64,000 nt of DNA, from the NCBI RefSeq assembly GCF_009914755.1, contig NC_060929.1. One strand, 5' to 3'. Shown piece after piece: positions 56,287 through 64,000 of the stretch. The position numbers were made by a program, and so were the translations under genes. This DNA comes from the human T2T-CHM13v2.0 reference genome, Homo sapiens. The first letter of the stretch is position 1, and every line of letters begins with the position of its first letter. The notes beneath the pieces are model-generated. The model ran no database searches, was not told where the DNA came from, and saw only the letters and a program-made list of their open reading frames with translations.

Positions 56287-56705
56287 AGCCAAAAAATGGA
56301 GACAACTCAAATGTCATCTACTGATGAATAGATAAAATAAAATGTGGTATGTCCATGCAACGGAATATTATTTGGCAATAAAAAGGAATGAAGTACTATT
56401 ATATGCCACAACACAAATGAAAGAAGCTAGTCATAAAAGGCCACATGATTTCATTTATATGAAAAATAGGCAAATCTATAGTGATGGCAAGTCAATTAGT
56501 TCCCAGGGACTGCAGGGAAGGAATGATGGGGATTGATTACTAATGGGTACAGGGTTTTTTGGGGAGGGTGATGAAAATGTTCTAGAATTGGTGGGGAAAG
56601 TTACACAATTCTGTTTGTGGTACTAAAATCACCCGAATTTTACCCTTCAAAAGGGTGAATTTTGTAGTATAGTGAATTATATCTCAATAAAACTATTATT
56701 TTTTA
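56250..56705 (+). mobile_element. L1MB/MC 3' end
   Basis: aatgtggtatgtccatgcaacggaatattatttggcaataaaaaggaatgaag...aattatatctcaataaa. Confidence 0.8.
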
Positions 56706-56964
56706 AAAGGTAAGAAAGATCCTTAAAAGGCATTTCTTTCTTGGAAGTTCATATTCTGTAAATACAAAGTAAGCAAATAATTTTTCCATGACTAAATTGG
56801 CTTGATGATTTTCAGAAAGACTGACATGCCTTTGCTAAACTATATCTTCTGGATCAGTATTTTATCTGACATTTAAGTTTTCCAAAACACTTCCCTTTTC
56901 TCTTTTCACTAAAATTGTGTAACGCTACAAAAGGGATGTATCAGGATGAGTACTGCAAGAAAAG

Positions 56965-57367
56965 GGGTTGTGTTCCCCAAGACCAGCCACACTCAGAGAT
57001 TCACTAGAAGGACTCATAGAACTCACCATTATTCGACTCATGGCTAAGATTTCTTACAGTGACATAGTAAGGTGGATCACAGGGGGAAAGACACAAGTGG
57101 AGTCTGCAGGAATCCATGTACAGGCTTCCTTAGGCTCTTTCCCTCCCGTGATAGGGCACAGAGAGCACACTTTTGCACCAGCAACAAAAATGTAGCAATA
57201 TGTGTGCAATATTTCTGCCCAGAGATGCCCATTAGCAACTCAGAACCAAAGATTTGTATTGGAGGCTGGTCACACAGGCACTCTCTAACCAATACATACC
57301 TCAAATTTGAGCTCCCAGAATAAAAGCAGGGGTTCAACATAAATCCTATTATTTGCATAGTTTAGAC
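56965..57367. mobile_element. ERVL-type LTR fragment (MER21/MER68/MER77 group)
   Basis: ccccaagacc...gattcactagaaggactcatagaactca...tcatggctaagattt. Confidence 0.6.
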
Positions 57368-57680
57368 AAGTGGTCCGCAACCTTTTTGGCACCAGGGATT
57401 GGTTTTGGGGAAAACAATTTTTCTTCCATGAAAGAAAAATTCTTTTTCTTTTTTAAAATTATTCTTCTTTCATGGGAGGGTGAGGTGGGGGCAGGGGGTG
57501 CGGGATGGGAAACGGTTTCATGATAAAACTGTTCCACCTCAGATCATCAGGCATTAGTTAGATTCTCATAAGGAGCACTGACCCTAGATCTCTCGCATGT
57601 GCAGTTCGCAATAGGGTTTGTGCTCCTATGAGAATCTAATGCCACCACTGATCTGACAGGAAGCAGGTTGAGGACCCCTG
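57368..57680. mobile_element. MER1B hAT-Charlie DNA transposon
   Basis: caacctttttggcaccaggga...aaactgttccacctcagatcatcaggcattag...ggttgaggacccctg. Confidence 0.88.
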
Positions 57681-58761
57681 AATTAGAATCTATTTGAAAA
57701 ATAAAGTGGAAGGTCATCTTTCTTACAGAACAATAAATTTCTGTTTCATAGGAATTATTTAACTTCTGAACAGTTTGTTACAAAATACATAATTACACCG
57801 CAGGACTCAAAGTTCACGCAAGAAAATGGTTTAAGGACTGAGTGGGTACTTGGAATTTCTTAGACAACCTACCTTCACTACCTTTTCCCTTTTTTCTCCC
57901 CTTCCTCTGTTTCCCTTCCCTGCTTTCACCCATCAGCTTCATCCCCTTCACTTTCCCCTTTTCCATCACGACCATCTCCCCAATTATAAACTGACTAATT
58001 TCAAAACATTCAAATCACTGTAAAAATTGTTTCCTTTTACAATTTTATTTCACAGGTCTTCCAAGTGTAAAATATTATCTCACTAATAGATGTATTCTCA
58101 TAAAAATTTTTACATGTTTGCATATACATGTACCTGCATCTTCCAAATTAATAACTTGATTTAAAAATTATCTTCAGAAAATATCAAAGTTCATGGAAAT
58201 AAATAAAATTTTTTGCCAAATTGCAACTTCAGCCCTTTGACAAAAATATATAGTAAATTCTTATTTAGCAGCAGCATTTAAATACTACAACATTTCAAAA
58301 ATCTTCAAAGTTCCACCTTACCTGTAAGGCATGTGGAAACCCAACTTCTCCAGAACCAGACTTAGTGGTCAATTATCTTGAACCTCCAAATAAGTCAACC
58401 TGGAAGCAAGACACAACATATGGAACCATTTGCAGACCATACCAGCCCCAAGATAACAATTATCTCCCACTTCAATTGCCTTCCACTGAGGCAGGGTTTT
58501 ACTAAGAATAAAATGGTTCTCCCTAAAGCACTGGAAAAAAACAATGTTTCCTCGAAAAAAATGAAAAAGTTAATTTGATAGCAAAGAGCATGAACAGACT
58601 CTAGAAAGCATAAGATCATAATCCCACACAGACCAGGCCTTCCATGAACCATCCTGAGTACCATGTAAAGGTGACTATCTGGTATGTGCTCAGAAGGGAC
58701 CATATGAGAGTATCACAAGACACTCATAACTATGTCAATTGTTAAAAAACTAGGAATATTA

Positions 58762-59144
<383 letters not shown>

Positions 59145-59318
59145 TTAAAGGTTTGTTATATGGTAGAGTAAATCTACATGACCTGACGAGCTAAAACTGG
59201 AACAAACAAGTGGGAAGAGATGACAGTCCAATCATTGTAAAAAAGAACTCTGAGGCCTGGCTGCTTTGAGCCATAATGAGCTGCCTGTAGCTGGAAGTGT
59301 TAAAGTCTTTGATTGATT

Positions 59319-59400
59319 CATTCAATATTCTACATTCCATTTCAATATTCTGCATTCCATTTCAATATTCTGCCTTCCATTTCAATATTCTGCATTCCAT
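59319..59400 (+). repeat. 20-bp minisatellite, 4 copies
   Basis: ttcaatattctgcattccat repeated at 59321, 59341, 59361 and 59381 with two substitutions. Confidence 0.95.
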
Positions 59401-59808
59401 CCAATCTTTACTCTGGAGACGGGACATTGGCTCTACACACGTGAGTGAAATAGTCAGGGTTCCTGCTCTCATCTAACTTAGATTCTGATGGTGTGATTTC
59501 AGATATTTAGAGGAAATTTAAATATACATACAGATAGAAACTGTGAAATGTTTTGTAATCTCAAGAAACTGTAAATGTATTAAATAAAAGCCATGGGTTT
59601 TTCTACATTTGGAGTACCATAAATATGTTTTTTTTCTTTCCAAGAGTGAGCCAGCCAAACTAATAACGCTTAGCTAAGAAACATCCTAAGGCTAGCTCAG
59701 AGATTATTTTGGATACTATTGAAATTTGGGCATTAAAGTTATAACTGTGGGTCTCCAAAGTATATTAATGAAGAAGACTCAAAACCATTCTCTTAAAGTG
59801 AGCCAGCC

Positions 59809-60265
<457 letters not shown>

Positions 60266-60857
60266 TTAAAAACACATGAAAAGGGATTTTTAAAATACAG
60301 TTAATATCTAAGTCTCAGAATTAAATTAATACACAAAACTGCTTAAGTACAATCTATTCTTGCCTATTAGTTATAATCATGAAGTTCATTTTTTAACCAT
60401 CTCTTAGTCAGCATATTTCAAGATAAGATCGCTTTAATCTGAATTAAACAACTATGGTCTGAGCCTGAAGTCCCCGGCTGGTTTGGAATTATGCTGTCTT
60501 GTGGATGAAAGCCCTCATAGTTTGCCTGGTCTGACACAAGGCTGGGGAGAGAAGCAATGGGGAAATTCCAGAGGTGACTCTCACTGAACCTCCCAGCATG
60601 GCTCCAGGCAACACAGAATTCACAAACATGTCTTGATGGGAAATGAACTTGCATTCACAAACATTCACTTTATTTTTTTATGCTTTTTTAAATTGCTAAG
60701 ATGAATCCAAAAAAATCTATTAGTAAACTCTGTATTAATCAATTTTAGAATGCCAGAAGTTTAAAAGAGAAAAAGAACAAACGTCGGGGACTGAAAATTC
60801 AAAAGCAGCAAGAGAGAGCCTGCTACTCAGTTTCCAGAACAAGAGGGAGGGAGTGTC

Positions 60858-60894
60858 TGTGTGTGTGTGTGCGCGCATGCACATGTATATGTGT
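60858..60894. repeat. Alternating purine-pyrimidine tract
   Basis: tgtgtgtgtgtgtgcgcgcatgcacatgtatatgtgt. Confidence 0.8.
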
Positions 60895-61255
60895 TTCAGT
60901 TTTATTGAGGTATAGTTGACAAATTAAATTGTACATATGTATAAGGTGTATGATGTGATGTTTTGATATACACATACATTGTGAAATGATTACCACAATT
61001 GAGTTAATTAACATATCCATTACCTCACATAGTTACCTTTGATTTGTGGGTGTGTGATAAGAACACTTAAGTCCACTATCTTAGCAAATGTGAAGTATAC
61101 AATATACCAGCAGTGTAAAAGGGTTCCCTTTTCTCCACATCCTCACCAACACTTATATTTTGTCATTTTTATAAAAGCCATCCTAACAGGTGTTAGGTAA
61201 TATCTCATCATGGTTTTATTTGCATTTCCTTGATGATTAGTGATGTTGAGCAAAT

Positions 61256-62250
61256 TTTCTTTCTTTTTTTCAATTTAACTTTTATTTTAAGTTCAGGGGT
61301 ACATGTGTAGCCTTGTTACATAGGTAAACCTATGACATGGGGGTTTGTTGTACAATTATGTTGTCACCCAGGTATTAAGCCTAGTACTCATTAGTTATTT
61401 TTCCTGATCCTCTCCCTACTCCCACCTTCCATCTACCAATAAGCCCCGGTGTGTGTGTTTCCCCTCTATGTGTCCATGTGTTCTCATCATTTAGCTCCCA
61501 GTTATAAGTAAGAAAATGCAGTATTTGGTTTTCTGTTCCTGTGTTAGTTTGCTAAGGATAATGGCCTCCAGCTCCATCCATGTTCCTGCAACGGACATGA
61601 TCTCATTCTTTTTTATTACTGCATAGTATTGCATGGTGTATATGTACCACATTTTCTTTATGCAGTTTATTGTTGATGGGCATTTATGTTGATTCCATGT
61701 CTTTGCTATTTTGAATAGTGCTGCAATGAACATACATGTGCATGTATCTTTGTAATAGAATAATTTATATTCCTTTTGGTATATACCCAGTAATGGATTG
61801 GTAGGTCGAATGGTATTTCTGTCTTTAGGTCTTTGAGGAATTGCCACACGTCTTCCTCAATGGTTGAACTAATTTACACTACCACCAACAGTGTCTAAGC
61901 AGTCCTTTTTCTCAGCAAACTCACCAGCATCTGCTATTTTTTGACTTTTTATAATAGCCATTCTGACTGGTGTGAGATGGTATCTCACTGTGGTTTTGAT
62001 TTGCATTTCTCTTATGATCAGTGATGTTGACCTTTTTTTCACATGATTCTTGGCCACAAGTTTGTCTTCTTTTGAAAAGTGTCACTTCATGTCCTCTGCC
62101 CACTTTTTAATGGGGTTGTTTGTTTGTTGTTTGTTTCTTGTAAATTTAAGTTCCTTGTAGGTGCTGGATATTAGACCTTTGTCAGATGCATAGTTTGCAA
62201 AATTTTCTCCCATTCTGTAGGTTGTCTGTTCATTCTGTTGATAGTTTCTT
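61256..62250 (-). mobile_element. Older L1PA 3' fragment
   Basis: ttttattttaagttcaggggtacatgtg 3' end; ORF2p C-terminal peptides (WMELEAIILSKLTQEQKTKY). Confidence 0.9.
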
Positions 62251-62314
62251 AAAGGGAAAGCGTTCAGTTTTTCCCCATTGTTTAGGATGTTAGCTGTGTG
62301 GTTTTCATTTGGAC

Positions 62315-62617
62315 TTTTATTTTATTTATTTATTTTTGAGACAGAGTCTGGCTCTGTCATCCAGGCTGAAACAGAGTGGTGTGATCTTGGCTCACTGCAA
62401 CCTTCACCTTCCAAGCTCAAGCCATGCTCCCATCTCAGCCTCTTGTGTAGCTGGGACTGCAGGCATGCACTACCACGCCTGGCTAACTTTTGTATTTTTT
62501 GTTGAAATAGAGTTTTTCCATGTTGCCCAGCCTGGTCTTCACTCCTGAGCTCAAGTAATCCACTCAACTCAGCCTCCCAAAGTGCTGGGATTATAGGTGT
62601 GAGCCTCCACACCTGGC
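62315..62617 (-). mobile_element. AluJ
   Basis: Reverse dimer with ctcctgagctcaagtaatcc. Confidence 0.92.
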
Positions 62618-63113
62618 TTTGACGTTTATTTTCTTAAGTTCCTTCTATATATATTTTATTGACAGTTTTAATCATGAAAGGATGTCGAACTGTGTCAAAT
62701 GCTTTTTCTGTGCCTATTGAGACAATCATGTGGTTTTCTTCTTTCATTTTGTTAATGTGTTGTATCACATTTATTGATTTGCATATGTTGAACTAACCTT
62801 GCATCCCAGGAATAAATCCCACTTAATCATGATATATGGTCCTTTTAATGTACTATAAAATTTAGTTTGCTAGTTGAAAATTTTTGTATCTGTGTTCATC
62901 AGTAATGTTGGCCTGTAGGATTATTTTCATACAGTGTCATTGTCTGGGTTTGGTAGCAAGATGATGATGGCCTCATAGAAAAAATTTGGAAGTGTTCCCT
63001 CTTCTATTTTTTTGGAAAAATTTAAGATGGACTGCTATTAAGTCTTCTTTGAGTGTTCAGTAGAATTACCTATGAAGTCATTGGTCCTTGAATGTTTTTT
63101 CGTTGTTGGGAGA

Positions 63114-63370
63114 TTTTTTTTTTTTTTTTTTTTTTTTGAGATGGGGTCTTGCTCTGTCACCCAGGATGGAGTGCAGTGGTATGACCATAGCTCACTGCAG
63201 CGTCAACCTTCCAGGCTCAAGTGATCCTCTCACCCCAGCCTTCCAAGTTTCAGGGATCACAGTCATGCACCACCATGCCAACTAATTTTTTTATTATTGT
63301 AGAGAAAGGTCTCTCTATGTTGCCCAGGCTGGTCCTGAACTCCTGAGCTCAAGCAATCCTCCCATCTCAG
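63114..63370 (-). mobile_element. AluJ, 5'-truncated
   Basis: T tract then gagatggggtcttgctc; ends at cctcccatctcag. Confidence 0.9.
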
Positions 63371-64000
63371 TGGAAGATTTCTTAATACTGATTCAATCTC
63401 CTTATTTGCTAGTGGTCTGCTCAGGTTTTCTGTATCTTCATGATTCAGTTTTGGTAGGTTTTATGTTTCTAGGAATTTCTTCTAATTTACCCAGTTTTTT
63501 GGCATATGATCATTCATAATAATCTTTTATGGTCCCTATTATTTCTTAGATATTTGTTGTAATGTCTCCTCTTCCAATTCTGATTTTAATTATTTGAGTC
63601 TTCTGTCTTTTTTCTTGGTTACTCTGTCAATTTTGTTTAACTTTTTAAAAAACCAACTCTTAGTTTCATTGATTTTTTTCTCTATTTGATTTACATTGAC
63701 TCTAATCTTTATGATTTCCTTCCTTCTGCTAACTTTGGGCTTAATTAGTTGAGGTTTTTTTCTAGTTTCTTAAGGTATAAAGTTAGATTGTTTATGCAAA
63801 ATCTTTCTTCTTCTTTAAAGTAGGCATTCATCACTATAAACTTTCCTTTTAGAACTGCTTTTTCTGTATCTCATAGGTTTTGGTATGTTGTGTTTCATTT
63901 TGCTTTGTCTGGAGATGCTTCTTAAGTTATCTTTTGAGTTTCTTTTACACCCAATGATTATTTAGGAGTGTGTACTTTAATTTCCACATATTTGTGAATT

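Larger units (their letters stand above)
60895..64000 (-). mobile_element. L1MA-type LINE hosting a nested L1PA and two Alus
   Basis: L1MA-type 3' end at 60895-61100; antisense ORF2 remnants continue to the window end. Confidence 0.85.

Overview
Human (or closely related primate) genomic DNA, repeat-rich (Alu, L1, L2, MIR, MaLR LTRs, hAT DNA transposons). I recognise it, from recalled protein sequences, as the upstream region and first introns of GRAMD2B (GRAMD3, chr5q23.2, + strand). Two alternative first coding exons are visible: 25103-25230 (MTRRQQ...PDLEL) and 36214-36338 (MVKKRL...SSVFL). Both end in phase 2 at a GT donor, as expected if they splice to one shared downstream exon outside the window. 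Almost all other ORFs in the track are repeat-derived or chance. I found no convincing undescribed multi-gene system. The best second-look items are a perfect HNF1 palindrome plus AP-1 site and uORF at the second promoter, a possible in-frame hybrid use of exon 1B, two strong co-oriented CTCF motifs, several template-switch scars (including a perfect 33-bp hairpin and a 47-bp copy 2.1 kb from its twin), a very young AluY, and a MamSINE1 relic. Repeat subfamilies and boundaries of old repeats are by eye from recalled consensus sequences and are approximate.
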